A stretch of DNA of 64,000 bases from an uncultured delta proteobacterium (GCA_963765675.1 CAVXXK010000001.1:2144001-2208000), one strand, 5' to 3'; counted from the stretch's first letter, positions 37,012 through 48,355 are shown. Made by a program: numbers and translations. The notes: generated by a model not told the origin, from the sequence alone.

Positions 37012-39390
37012 ATGGCAACCAATCGAGATCGCTTTACGCTGATCGAGGAAATTTCCTCGATCGGCGGTGAAGATCACGAAGATCTGCGCTCCGCGCTCGA
37101 TCGTATTGTCGCCGCTATCGCGGAAGGCATGCAGGCCGAGGTCTGCTCGCTCTACCTGTTCGATCCGCAGGGAGAGCGCCTGGTCTTGCGCTCGACCTTC
37201 GGTCTCGATCGCGACTCGGTCGGCAAGGTCTCGCTGCGCCCGAGCGAGGGATTGGTAGGAATGGTGATCGAATCGGGCGAAGCGGTCACGGTGCCGGACG
37301 CGATCAGCCATCCGCGCTACAAATATTTTCCCGAGACCGGCGAAGAGCGCTTTCACAGCTTCCTTGGCGTGCCGGTGCAGGAGAGCAGGCAGAAGGCGAT
37401 CGGCGTGATGGTCGCGCAGACGCTCTCGCGCCGCAAATTCACCCGCACCGACGAGCGCCTGCTGCGCACCGCCGCGACCCAGGTCGCGCAAATCCTGTCG
37501 CACTTCCGGCTGCGCGAGACGCTCGCCACCAAGGAAAAAGAGCGCGCCGAGTACCGCCGCCGGATGATCGAAGCCAATCGCCAACTCAAGGACTACGAAA
37601 AAGTCGGCGGCAAGGCGCGGATGAAGCCGCCGCAGAAGATTCGCCGCCCGCGCCTGGTCGGACTGCCCGCCGCTCCCGGCTTCGCGCAGGGTGTCGCCCA
37701 CGTGGTCGGCACTTTCCTCAGCACTATCGATCGCAATCAACGCGCGCGCGACACCAAGGCGGAACGCAAGCGCCTGGATGAGGCGCTCGAACGCTCGCGC
37801 GCCGAGCTCGAAGTGCTGAAGGCCCGGATGGCGCCGCTGATGCCCGAGCAGGACCTCAAGATCTTCGACGGCCATCGCCTGATTCTCGAGGACGATGAAT
37901 TCGTCGGCCGAATTCGCGACACCGTCGACAAGGGCTTCTCCGCCGAGAGCGCGCTGTTCCGGGTGATCGACGAGCTTTCGGCCCAGATGCTCGCCGTCGC
38001 CGACGGCTACCTGCGCGAGCGCGCCACCGACTTCCGCGATGTCGGGCACCGCGTGCTGCGCCATCTGCGCCAGGAAGATCGCAAGGGCGCTTACGCGAAG
38101 CCGACGATCCTCGTCGCCGAAGAGCTGACGCTCTCGCAGCTGACCCTGGTTTCGCATGAGAATCTTGCCGCTATCGCGCTCCAATCGGGCGGCGTCACCT
38201 CGCACGCCGCGATCCTCGCGCGTTCGTTTGAGATTCCCACGGTCGTCGGCGTCGAGCATCTGATGGAATCGGTCATCGAGGGCGACCATCTGGTCCTCGA
38301 CGGCAATTCGGGCGTGGTTTACGTCAATCCTCCCGCCGACATCGAAAAGGACTACCAGGGGATGACGCGCCGGTACGAGGCGTTCAAGCGCGAGCTGATG
38401 GAAGATGGCAACGAGCCGGCCGCGACCAGCGACGGGCATCGCGTCATGATGCTCGCGAATATCGCGCTGCTTGCCGATATCCATTTGGCAAAGCGTTACG
38501 GGGCGGAGGGTGTCGGCCTTTTGCGCTCGGAGTTTTCGTTCCTGACCTACGAGGATTTTCCCGACGAGACACAGCAGCTCGCGCTCTACAACCAGATGCT
38601 CGAAGCGGTCGGCGGACGCAAGCCGGTCACGATTCGCACCCTCGATATCGGCGCCGATAAGTACCCGCCCTACATGCGGGTTCCGCGCGAGGAGAATCCG
38701 TTTCTCGGCTGGCGCTCGATCCGGATCTCGCTCGAAATGTCGGGTCTGTTCAAGGTTCAGTTGCGCGCGATCTTGCGCGCCGCCGCACGCTACAACGTCC
38801 GTATCCTGTTTCCGATGATCTCCTCGCTCGAAGAGCTACGCCGCGCCAAGGAGCTGCTGGCGGAGTCGCAAGCCGAGCTCTATAAGGAAGGCCTCGAACA
38901 TAATCCCAACATCGAGGTCGGGATCATGGTCGAGGTGCCGTCGGCGGTATGGCTCGCGCCGCGGCTTGCACGCGAAGTCGATTTTTTTTCGATCGGCACC
39001 AACGACCTGATCCAGTATCTGCTTGCCGCCGATCGCAACAATCCGAAAGTCGCGCATCTATACGAGGCGTTTCATCCCGCCGTCATCTCCGCGATCGCCG
39101 AAGTCGTCAACGTCGCCCGCGCCGCCGACAAGGAAGTCGGCCTGTGCGGCGAGATGGCCAGCGACCCGCTCGCGACTCTGCTCCTGGTCGGGATCGGGCT
39201 CGACGAGCTGAGCCTCTCGCCGCTGTTTATCCCCGTCGTGCGCAAGCTGGTGCGCGAAGTCGATTTTCAAACCACCCGGCTCATCGCGCGCGAGTGCTTG
39301 CAGATGGCGTCAGTCCAGGAAATCAAGGGCTACCTCGTCGAGCGCTATCGGGACTTGGGACTCATAAATCTGGTCGAGATGTACCGATAG
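37012..39390 (+). CDS. ptsP: GAF-domain phosphoenolpyruvate-protein phosphotransferase (EI-Ntr)
   Basis: N-terminal GAF (CSLYL, EGLVG, HPRYKYFPETGEE), TSHAAI phospho-His, EENPFLGWR, SIGTNDL and LCGEMA. Confidence 0.93.
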   Translation: MATNRDRFTLIEEISSIGGEDHEDLRSALDRIVAAIAEGMQAEVCSLYLFDPQGERLVLRSTFGLDRDSVGKVSLRPSEGLVGMVIESGEAVTVPDAISHPRYKYFPETGEERFHSFLGVPVQESRQKAIGVMVAQTLSRRKFTRTDERLLRTAATQVAQILSHFRLRETLATKEKERAEYRRRMIEANRQLKDYEKVGGKARMKPPQKIRRPRLVGLPAAPGFAQGVAHVVGTFLSTIDRNQRARDTKAERKRLDEALERSRAELEVLKARMAPLMPEQDLKIFDGHRLILEDDEFVGRIRDTVDKGFSAESALFRVIDELSAQMLAVADGYLRERATDFRDVGHRVLRHLRQEDRKGAYAKPTILVAEELTLSQLTLVSHENLAAIALQSGGVTSHAAILARSFEIPTVVGVEHLMESVIEGDHLVLDGNSGVVYVNPPADIEKDYQGMTRRYEAFKRELMEDGNEPAATSDGHRVMMLANIALLADIHLAKRYGAEGVGLLRSEFSFLTYEDFPDETQQLALYNQMLEAVGGRKPVTIRTLDIGADKYPPYMRVPREENPFLGWRSIRISLEMSGLFKVQLRAILRAAARYNVRILFPMISSLEELRRAKELLAESQAELYKEGLEHNPNIEVGIMVEVPSAVWLAPRLAREVDFFSIGTNDLIQYLLAADRNNPKVAHLYEAFHPAVISAIAEVVNVARAADKEVGLCGEMASDPLATLLLVGIGLDELSLSPLFIPVVRKLVREVDFQTTRLIARECLQMASVQEIKGYLVERYRDLGLINLVEMYR

Positions 39391-39458
39391 CGAGACGACC
39401 CAAAGTTCTCCAAAGCACCTTAAAACGTCGCCATGACGGGCTTTTTCCCCGAAAATTG

Positions 39459-39504
39459 TTGACTTCAAACGCCGGGATTAGTTAATCTCTAACCGGTCGG
39501 TTAG
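39459..39504 (+). promoter_or_regulatory. sigma70-like promoter with a downstream palindromic operator
   Basis: TTGACT (39459)-N18-TAATCT (39483), then perfect CTAACCG-GT-CGGTTAG at 39489-39504. Confidence 0.6.
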
Positions 39505-39588
39505 GTGTCCGGGCCAAGACTTTGACCGAGACCCTTGCCGAGGCCCCGCGCCGAGGTTGCGGGTTGGGATACTGAAGAGGATTTATCG

Positions 39589-41460
39589 ATGGTATTAACT
39601 CTGGTCGCACTCGTGAGCTTCCTCGTCTTCGCGACGGTGGTTCTATACATGTTGCTCGGGCGTAACCGCTACGGCGGAGACAGTTCCACGGTGCCGCTGC
39701 AGATTGCCGCGTCGCCCAGCGCGCTCGCGAATGCCGCCGTGAAGCCCGAGCCGGTCCGCACGATTCGCGTCTATTTCATCAAGCCCTCGCGCTACACCGA
39801 AGAGGGTTATGTCCAGTTCTTTCGTTTCGGAGTTCAGCCCAACAACACGCTGACGGTTTTGACCGCGCTCAACGCGGCGTTCAACAACAAGTTCGCGGCC
39901 GAGCGTAACGTGCAGCTCGAGACCGTCATTTGGGATGAGATTTGCGACGGCGTGATCAGTCCCGATACGATCAAGGCGATTAAGGAAAAGGCGCACGAGG
40001 ACGGCGTCGAGCTGCTGGTCGGGATGGCGGGTGTGCAATCAAATCAATACCCGCGCGGCCGCGATATCGCGCTGCAGTTCAAGGCGCTGGAAGTGCCGGT
40101 GATGATGGGCGGGTTCCACGTCAGCGGCTATCCTGAGTCGGTCAAGTTCCTGAACGAGTGCGGCATCACCACCATCGTCGGCGAAGCCGAGAATCTGTGG
40201 GGCGGAATCGTCGAGGATTTTCTGCGCGGCGAGTTGAAGCTCAACTACTCGGTCACCGAGGGAATCCGCGCAAAGACCGGCCGCGAGGATATTATCGTCC
40301 CGCTCATCACCGAGTCGCTCCTGCCGGTGCTCGACGATCGCTACCTGACGCGTTTTTTCAACACCTCGATGACCACGATCGACACATCGCGCGGATGTCC
40401 GTTCACCTGCTCCTACTGCAGCGTGAAGAACGTGATGGGCCGCACGATGCGCTCGCGGGAACCGGACTCGGTTGTCACCTGGGTGCGCGACGCATGCCGC
40501 AACCACGGTATCCAGTCGCTGTTCCTGGTCGATGACGATTTTTTCCGCTCGCCCAGATGGGAAGAGATTCTCACCGGCCTTATCGAAGTCAAAAAAGAAT
40601 ATCCGGACTTCTCGTTCATGATGCAGGTCGACGTGGACGCGTCGTGCTACGCGACCGCCGCGCCGGGCGAGACCGAGACCGCAAAGCATCGGCGCTCCAA
40701 GCGTTTCACCGAGTTGTGCGCGGCCGCGGGATGCTACCAGGCGTTCGTCGGAATCGAATCGCTCAATCCGGACAACCTCAACTTCGCGACCAAGTACCAG
40801 AACACTGACGATCGCCAGCACAAGATGAAGCTCGAAGAGTCGCGCGCCCGCGTGATCGACAAGTACCGGCGCGTCGTCGATAACTGGCACAAGGTCGGCA
40901 TCTCGGTTCACGCCGGCTACATGCTCGGCTTCCCGTTCGACGGACCCGATTGCGGCCGCGTCGCGGCGGAGACGCTCAAGAAGATCGGCTTCGACATCGT
41001 GTCGTTCTTCATCATGACCCCGCTTCCCGGCACCGAGGACCAGGTGCGCTACGCCGAAGCCGGCGAGATCATCGATTGGGACTTCAATCAGCTCGATTCG
41101 CAGCACGTGACGCTGAAGCATCCGAAGCTCGACAGCGCGGCCTGGATGCAGGCGTATCGGGACGCGTTCAAGGGCTTCTATTCGATCCCGCGGATGCTGC
41201 ACACGATCTTCACCGTCGCCGGCGGACGCGGCCTTGCTCCCGAATCGCGCCGCTCGACCCTGCGCCAGTTCATGTACTACTTCTTTTCGTATCGGCAGGG
41301 GCGTCATCCGATGGTCGGCGGTATCTGGCCGATCCTGCGCCGTGACGTGCGCCGGATCGCCGTGACTGACGACGAAGCGCGTCGCCACTATCTGGGCGGG
41401 ATGCGATTCGACGCAATCCTGCGCGGCGACGCCGGCGGCTTCGCGGCCGCCCCCGCGTAA
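39589..41460 (+). CDS. radical SAM protein with probable B12-binding domain and N-terminal membrane anchor
   Basis: SRGCPFTCSYC, GGFH, GEAE, DDDF, GIES and TPLPGT; hydrophobic first 25 aa. Confidence 0.88.
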   Translation: MVLTLVALVSFLVFATVVLYMLLGRNRYGGDSSTVPLQIAASPSALANAAVKPEPVRTIRVYFIKPSRYTEEGYVQFFRFGVQPNNTLTVLTALNAAFNNKFAAERNVQLETVIWDEICDGVISPDTIKAIKEKAHEDGVELLVGMAGVQSNQYPRGRDIALQFKALEVPVMMGGFHVSGYPESVKFLNECGITTIVGEAENLWGGIVEDFLRGELKLNYSVTEGIRAKTGREDIIVPLITESLLPVLDDRYLTRFFNTSMTTIDTSRGCPFTCSYCSVKNVMGRTMRSREPDSVVTWVRDACRNHGIQSLFLVDDDFFRSPRWEEILTGLIEVKKEYPDFSFMMQVDVDASCYATAAPGETETAKHRRSKRFTELCAAAGCYQAFVGIESLNPDNLNFATKYQNTDDRQHKMKLEESRARVIDKYRRVVDNWHKVGISVHAGYMLGFPFDGPDCGRVAAETLKKIGFDIVSFFIMTPLPGTEDQVRYAEAGEIIDWDFNQLDSQHVTLKHPKLDSAAWMQAYRDAFKGFYSIPRMLHTIFTVAGGRGLAPESRRSTLRQFMYYFFSYRQGRHPMVGGIWPILRRDVRRIAVTDDEARRHYLGGMRFDAILRGDAGGFAAAPA

Positions 41461-41476
41461 AGACATAAATCAACCA

Positions 41477-41568
41477 GCCACAAAGACTCGAAGACACCAA
41501 GAAGACTAAAGCGGGCCTTTCCCACCGGAAAGGCCCGCTTCTTTTTTGTGTCTTGGTGTCTTCGTGGC
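41477..41568. repeat. CACNAAGA 9-mer hairpin repeat, copy 3
   Basis: GCCACAAAGACTCGAAGACACCAAG..GCGGGCCTTTCC..GGAAAGGCCCGC..TTGTGTCTTGGTGTCTTCGTGGC. Confidence 0.85.
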
Positions 41569-41697
41569 CGCCTGGATTCTTCTCGCGCCGCCCGCCACTT
41601 GATCGGAGCCGCCTGACTGCTCCGTCCGACCGCCTGACCTTTCTGCGCTTGCCTGCTGCCGCCCAAAGCGGATACGAATTCATCCACCGGTACCGCC

Positions 41698-42534
41698 ATG
41701 GCGAATATTCCCTACGCTCCAGAAATCATCGCCGTCGTCATAATCCTGATCCTGATCTTCGTGCGCCCGATCAGACGGCTCGTCTCCCTGCTGCTTAGAA
41801 TCGTGATCGCCGTCGGCGCGATCATCGTTGCGATCGGCGGCATCTCGATGCTGATGAACAACGAGACCATCTTCGAGAAGCCCGGCGTCGAGGCGCGCTC
41901 GATCCGCTTCTTCACCCAGAGCGGCGCCGCCACCAGCGAGAAAGGCCTCGGCTCCGCGACTTGCAAATGGCCGGACGAGGTCGGCGCCGCTTCGCCAGCG
42001 GTATCGCAGCCAGCGCCCGCCGCTTCGCCGTCGCCGGCCAAACATGAATCACCCCGCAAGCACGCGAAGGAGGAGGCCCGCACCGCGCCGAGTCCTGCTT
42101 CCACTGCGAGCCCCGCCGCGACAAATCCCGAAGACGACGTCTATCCCGAGCTGATCACGCCGAGCTATCCGGGAATCGGACAGGCCAAGCTTTTCGCGCT
42201 CTCGCAGCAGGTGATCAACTCGCTCGGCGGATGGAAGATCGTGAACTCCAATCCGAGGAACGGAGTGATCGATTGCATCTACACCTCGCGGATTCTCCAA
42301 TCGCAGGACGATATCCGGATCACGGTCACGTCCAAGAGCGAGATCAATCTGTGCTCGCGCTCGGGTTCGTCGCGTCCCGATTCGACCTCGCTCGGGCGCT
42401 ATTTCCCCGGGGACTTCGGCGCGAACATCGGGCATATCAAGCAGTTCACCGAAACGCTCGAGCCGATGATGGACGAGGTCTACCAGAAGGAACAGGAAAA
42501 AGAGAACGCCAAGAAGCAGCCCGGGGCGCGCTAA
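41698..42534 (+). CDS. DUF1499-like membrane protein
   Basis: Two N-terminal TM segments; YPEL, GWKIV, DDIRITV, SRS and DFGAN C-terminal motifs. Confidence 0.7.
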   Translation: MANIPYAPEIIAVVIILILIFVRPIRRLVSLLLRIVIAVGAIIVAIGGISMLMNNETIFEKPGVEARSIRFFTQSGAATSEKGLGSATCKWPDEVGAASPAVSQPAPAASPSPAKHESPRKHAKEEARTAPSPASTASPAATNPEDDVYPELITPSYPGIGQAKLFALSQQVINSLGGWKIVNSNPRNGVIDCIYTSRILQSQDDIRITVTSKSEINLCSRSGSSRPDSTSLGRYFPGDFGANIGHIKQFTETLEPMMDEVYQKEQEKENAKKQPGAR

Positions 42535-42593
42535 GCATCGCAGCGGTCCGCGCCGGGATCCTGCGCGGCTTCGGGTTTCAGGAGGAATCAATC

Positions 42594-43073
42594 TTGGAAA
42601 CGATCGAAAGTCCGCACCCGCCGCTTCCGCCGTTCACGCTGGAAACCGCGATTCAAAAGGTCAGGGGCGCCGAGGACGCCTGGAATTCCCACGATCCGGT
42701 GCGAGTCTCGCTCGGCTACAGCGCGCAGAGCCGCTGGCGTAATCGGTCGGAGTTTATCGTCGGCCGCGAGCAGATAGTCGCTTTCCTCGAGCGCAAATGG
42801 GCGCGCGAACTCGACTATCGTCTGATCAAGGAGCTGTGGGCGTTTCGCGACAACCGAATCGCCGTACGCTTCGCCTACGAATGGCACGACGATTCGGGAA
42901 ACTGGTTCCGCTCCTACGGCAACGAAAACTGGGAGTACGATGAACGCGGCCTGAACGCCGTCCGCCACGCCTGTATCAATGATCTCCCGATTCGCGCCGA
43001 TGAACGAAAATATCACTGGCCGCTGGGCCGCCGCCCCGACGGCCATCCCGGTTTGAGCAGCTTCGGATTCTGA
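42594..43073 (+). CDS. DUF1348 / NTF2-like (SnoaL-like) protein
   Basis: AGGAGG before TTG; [32 protein letters not shown] and [11 protein letters not shown]. Confidence 0.9.
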   Translation: METIESPHPPLPPFTLETAIQKVRGAEDAWNSHDPVRVSLGYSAQSRWRNRSEFIVGREQIVAFLERKWARELDYRLIKELWAFRDNRIAVRFAYEWHDDSGNWFRSYGNENWEYDERGLNAVRHACINDLPIRADERKYHWPLGRRPDGHPGLSSFGF

Positions 43074-43115
43074 CCGCGCGGCTTTGACACACGTATCGCG
43101 ATCGGTGCAGGTTGA

Positions 43116-43397
43116 ATGCCTATGGCGATGCGCGAAACACAGATCGACTCACTGGCGAGTTTTCTGGTCCAGGGTCTGATCGCCAAGGGCATAATCAAAC
43201 CCAAGGCGGATGAGAAGGATCTGATTGCCTGCGTGGTCGAGCTGATGTCTTCGAACTTCGAGACCGAAGCCGCAATCGACCTCGAGACCGACAACATGGT
43301 CGAGGATCTGATGCGCAAGGACTCGCGCCTGGACGGCGAACGCCTGCGATCGATGATCCGGCAAAAAATCGCCGAAAAAAAAGGCTTCACGCTTTGA
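43116..43397 (+). CDS. DUF507 family protein, first of pair
   Basis: 92-93 aa helical protein with an E..ID core ending KIAEKKGFTL. Confidence 0.7.
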   Translation: MPMAMRETQIDSLASFLVQGLIAKGIIKPKADEKDLIACVVELMSSNFETEAAIDLETDNMVEDLMRKDSRLDGERLRSMIRQKIAEKKGFTL

Positions 43398-43423
43398 CGA
43401 TTCGCGCGGGAGAGAAGAAAAAC

Positions 43424-43529
43424 TCAATCGGCCACAAAGACACGAAGACACAAAGAAATCAAAGCGGACCTTTCCTGCGGGAAAAGGTCCGCTTCTTCTT
43501 AATGTCTTAGTGTCTTTGTGGCCGGTTGA
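43424..43529. repeat. CACNAAGA 9-mer hairpin repeat, copy 4
   Basis: TCAATCGGCCACAAAGACACGAAGACACAAAG..GCGGACCTTTCC..GGAAAAGGTCCGC..GTCTTAGTGTCTTTGTGGCCGGTTGA. Confidence 0.85.
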
Positions 43530-43612
43530 TTTCTGCCTTACGAGCGTGCGTGCGGAACGCGAGGATGCTAGATGAAAGATACGGTCGTATCCATCGCGAG
43601 GGATTCTCAAGC

Positions 43613-43891
43613 GTGAAACTCAGCGAAGCACGAATTCTGTTCCTGGCGCGGGAGTCGCTCGCGCGGTTGCGCGACGAAGGCTTGGCCGAAATCGCGAACT
43701 TCCCGCTCGCGCTGCGCCAGGGCCGCGAGCTGATCGCGGAATGGAACGAAAAGGGCGATGAGATCGATCAAATCGTGCGACGCAAGATCACTTCGATCAA
43801 GCGCGGTATCGTCGAGGGCAGCAACGAATGGACCATCCTGTTCCGCCGCTATCGCGATGAGGAACTGCGCAAGCGCGGCCTGTTGCGCTGA
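43613..43891 (+). CDS. DUF507 family protein, second of pair
   Basis: MKLSEARI, ID..VRRKI.S.KR.I.EGS.EW.ILF.RY..EEL. Confidence 0.82.
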   Translation: MKLSEARILFLARESLARLRDEGLAEIANFPLALRQGRELIAEWNEKGDEIDQIVRRKITSIKRGIVEGSNEWTILFRRYRDEELRKRGLLR

Positions 43892-44688
43892 TGGCGCCGC
43901 GTCCCGCTGAAAACTCCTCCGCTTTAATCCCTGGCGATATCGCCGTCCGCGCACGCGGCGGAATGCACGGACTCTTCGCCGCGATGCCGCCCGGACTCGT
44001 GCTCGATATCCCGGCCGGCGGCGGCGCTCAATCCGCCGCGCTCGCGCAGCTCGGCTACCGCGTTCTCTCGGCGGATCTGTTCGCCAACGGGCGCGGAACG
44101 CCGTCATGGTCGTGGGTCCGTGCCGACGCCAATGGCTCGCTGCCGTTTGCCGCCGGCGCGTTCGACTACGTACTGTGTCGCGAGGGAATCGAGCATCTGG
44201 AAGACCAGATGGGCTTTATCCGCGAATGCGCGCGCGTGCTCAAGCCGGGCGGCAAGATCGTTTTGACGACGCCCAACGTGATGCATCTGGCGGCGCGTGC
44301 GAGTGCGTTTCTTACCGGCCAGCGAAACCTGCGCCGCGGACTCGTCAATGAAGTCCAGACCCTGCGCGCGCGCAACGGCTCGCGCCTGTACCATGGCCAC
44401 GTTTTTCTGCTCGACTACTTCAGGATGCGCTACATCCTGCGCGTGTGTGGTTTCGACAACCTCGCGATACATACCGACCGTCTGAGCCCGACCTCGATCG
44501 CGATGGCGCCGCTCGTCCCGCTTCTGTGGATGTCGATGAAATTCGCGGTCGCGGTCTCGGCGCGCAACGTCCGCCACGGCGGCCAGCGCGCTCCAGACCC
44601 GCGCGTGACGCGCGAACTCTTCGCGGACGTTCTGTCCCCCGCGCTCCTGTTCGGCCGCAGAATGATAGTCGTCGCCGACCGCGCCTGA
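43891..44688 (+). CDS. class I SAM-dependent methyltransferase
   Basis: VLDIPAGGG, LPF..GAFD, EGIEHL and RVLKPGG.I..TTPN. Confidence 0.88.
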   Translation: MAPRPAENSSALIPGDIAVRARGGMHGLFAAMPPGLVLDIPAGGGAQSAALAQLGYRVLSADLFANGRGTPSWSWVRADANGSLPFAAGAFDYVLCREGIEHLEDQMGFIRECARVLKPGGKIVLTTPNVMHLAARASAFLTGQRNLRRGLVNEVQTLRARNGSRLYHGHVFLLDYFRMRYILRVCGFDNLAIHTDRLSPTSIAMAPLVPLLWMSMKFAVAVSARNVRHGGQRAPDPRVTRELFADVLSPALLFGRRMIVVADRA

Positions 44689-44711
44689 CGCGCGCAAATG
44701 ATAGGATCGGA

Positions 44712-45041
44712 ATGATGGACGATCGTGAATTTCAAAAAGCCGCCGATGCCTGTCTCGCTCGAGTCGCCAAATGGCTCGAGGGTCTCGATCCCGACGACGC
44801 CGACTACTCGACCTCCGACGGCTCGGTCACGATCGAGTTTCCCGACGGAATGAAATTCATCCTGAGCCGCCAATCCGCGACCAACCAAATCTGGCTGGCA
44901 GCAGCCGCGCACGGATACCACTACGATTACGACTCCGCGAGCGACGCGTGGCGCGACGACAAAGACCATCACGACCTCTACACGCGTCTCGCGCAATTCG
45001 TTTCCGAACAGGTAGGCCGTCCGATCGAATTCGAAACCTGA
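44712..45041 (+). CDS. cyaY: frataxin-like iron donor CyaY
   Basis: MDDREF..AD, DG..TIEF.DG.KFI.SRQ....QIWLA and GYHY. Confidence 0.9.
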   Translation: MMDDREFQKAADACLARVAKWLEGLDPDDADYSTSDGSVTIEFPDGMKFILSRQSATNQIWLAAAAHGYHYDYDSASDAWRDDKDHHDLYTRLAQFVSEQVGRPIEFET

Positions 45042-45222
45042 CGCGGCGGGCGCTCCGGACGCTCCAGTACTCCTCGCGAGGTCCAGGCACCTTACGGAAG
45101 GCGAAGAATAGGCAAAAAAGCCTGGGCACCTCAACAAACCCAAGAAAATTCGATCCCGCCGTCACGGCGATTTCACGTTCACGCGCTTGTATTTGTCATA
45201 ATCACATGAAAGACTGAGCCGG

Positions 45223-45249
45223 TTGGCACTCTCATCGCGAGAGTGCCAA
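45223..45249. promoter_or_regulatory. CIRCE element (HrcA operator)
   Basis: TTGGCACTC-N9-GAGTGCCAA upstream of groES; followed immediately by TTGACA (45250)-N16-TAAATT. Confidence 0.9.
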
Positions 45250-45346
45250 TTGACATCCGGTCGATCGTGATTAAATTTGACTCGACTCGATCTATTCACA
45301 GGCCGAGTAACAATCGAAATTCCACAGTAGGAGGCGGCTAGTCCCA

Positions 45347-45634
45347 ATGAAATTCAGACCGCTGGGCGATCGCATTCTGGTCAAGCGTATCAAGGAAGAA
45401 GAGAAGACCAAGGGCGGCATCATCATCCCCGACACCGCGAAAGAAAAGCCCCAGGAGGGCAAAGTAGTCGCGGTCGGCAAGGGCAAGTATGGCGACGATG
45501 GCAAGCTCATCCCGATCGAGGTGAAGGCGGGCGACAAGATCCTGTTCGGAAAATATTCCGGCAGCGAGATCAAGCTCGAAGGCGATGAGCATATCATCCT
45601 GCGCGAGGACGACATCCTGGGCATCCTCGACTGA
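45347..45634 (+). CDS. groES: co-chaperonin GroES
   Basis: [31 protein letters not shown]. Confidence 0.98.
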   Translation: MKFRPLGDRILVKRIKEEEKTKGGIIIPDTAKEKPQEGKVVAVGKGKYGDDGKLIPIEVKAGDKILFGKYSGSEIKLEGDEHIILREDDILGILD

Positions 45635-45674
45635 GCGAAGCTTCGCAAAGAAGTTTCCTGTCCGATGCGCTTAA

Positions 45675-47333
<1,659 letters not shown>

Positions 47334-47363
47334 CTGCGTCGGAACAAGTTAACTGTTAGCGAA

Positions 47364-47402
47364 GCGGCGGGGCCGGATTATCCGGTCCCGCCGTCTTTTT
47401 TC
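47364..47402 (+). terminator. intrinsic terminator after groEL
   Basis: GCGGCGGGGCCGGA-TTA-TCCGGTCCCGCCGT followed by a T-run. Confidence 0.8.
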
Positions 47403-47777
47403 ACGGATTCCATCTTCGCGGCTCGGAGCGATTTTCAGCCGCGGCGCCTGTCACGAGCATGCAACAATTCACGCCGGTGCTACGTTACGATGCTATTCAT
47501 TAGCGCTGCTTGCACATTTTGACATTAACGCGGTGTATCGCATGTCATCCGCACGCGGACTCTCGGGACGATTTTCCGGTCGCGTACCGCGAACAAATCC
47601 GTAGCCGCCGGCCGGTTCGTCCGTATTGTAGATACAGGCGAATTTACCGACACGGTGTACGAACTTCGGAAGCGCGAGCTTGTCCCGCGATGCGACTCGC
47701 AACCAAATGAAACGGTCTGATCGCGTAAATTTGACAATTGATGGCCAAATTTGCGTTGCAGCGCTTGCACATTGTTA

Positions 47778-47794
47778 TTGGCCTGCCGCTTGCT
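47778..47794 (+). promoter_or_regulatory. putative sigma54 promoter
   Basis: TTGGCCTGCCGCTTGCT with GG-N10-GC spacing, preceded by a long AT-richer upstream region. Confidence 0.55.
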
Positions 47795-47867
47795 ACCTCT
47801 TCCTTCGATGATTCGCGAAGCCGTACTGATGAAGTCAGGCCCGGGGGTGGGCAGGAGGTCGTCCCGA

Positions 47868-48311
47868 ATGTCTGTCCGTGTGCTGATAGCCGATAGCTCA
47901 GGTGAGGGCCGCGAAGTGATGCGGCATCATCTGAACTGCATGGGATGCGACGTGATCGCCGAGACGGACAACGCGGTGCAGACCGCAAATCTTTTTCGAA
48001 CCGTGCACCCGCAAGTAGTGATCCTTGATAGCGCTCTTAAGACTGGCGGCGACCTCGACGCGCTCGGCCTGGTCCGGATGATTCGTCAGGACTCTCCCGA
48101 CACCGCAATTATCGCGGTGATTCCTGCGAGCGATTCCGAACGCGCGCGCGCATTTATCGACGAGGGCGCGCTCGAGTGCCTCGTCCAGCCAGTGGTCAGC
48201 GACGGCTTTGAGCGCGTATGGCGCAAGCTGCTGACGCGCTTTCCGGAGCTCCGACCGGTAGAACTACCGCACGCCAAAGCCGCCCGCCGCAACGGCAGCA
48301 ATCGAGATTAA
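47868..48311 (+). CDS. stand-alone atypical response-regulator receiver protein
   Basis: AGGAGG SD; VRVLIAD, PQVVILD, IR..SPDT.II and GA..CLVQP receiver pattern. Confidence 0.8.
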   Translation: MSVRVLIADSSGEGREVMRHHLNCMGCDVIAETDNAVQTANLFRTVHPQVVILDSALKTGGDLDALGLVRMIRQDSPDTAIIAVIPASDSERARAFIDEGALECLVQPVVSDGFERVWRKLLTRFPELRPVELPHAKAARRNGSNRD

Positions 48312-48355
48312 ACCGTCCTCTTTCTGGCTAATTATTTTTACTTCGAACCGTTGCC

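Noticed and set aside
36850-43529. Possible CRISPR array from the recurring CACNAAGA units
   Set aside because: Dispersed inverted repeats without repeat-spacer periodicity; no cas genes.
47403-47770. Riboswitch or known ncRNA upstream of the receiver gene
   Set aside because: No recognisable aptamer consensus by eye; an Rfam/Infernal scan would be needed.
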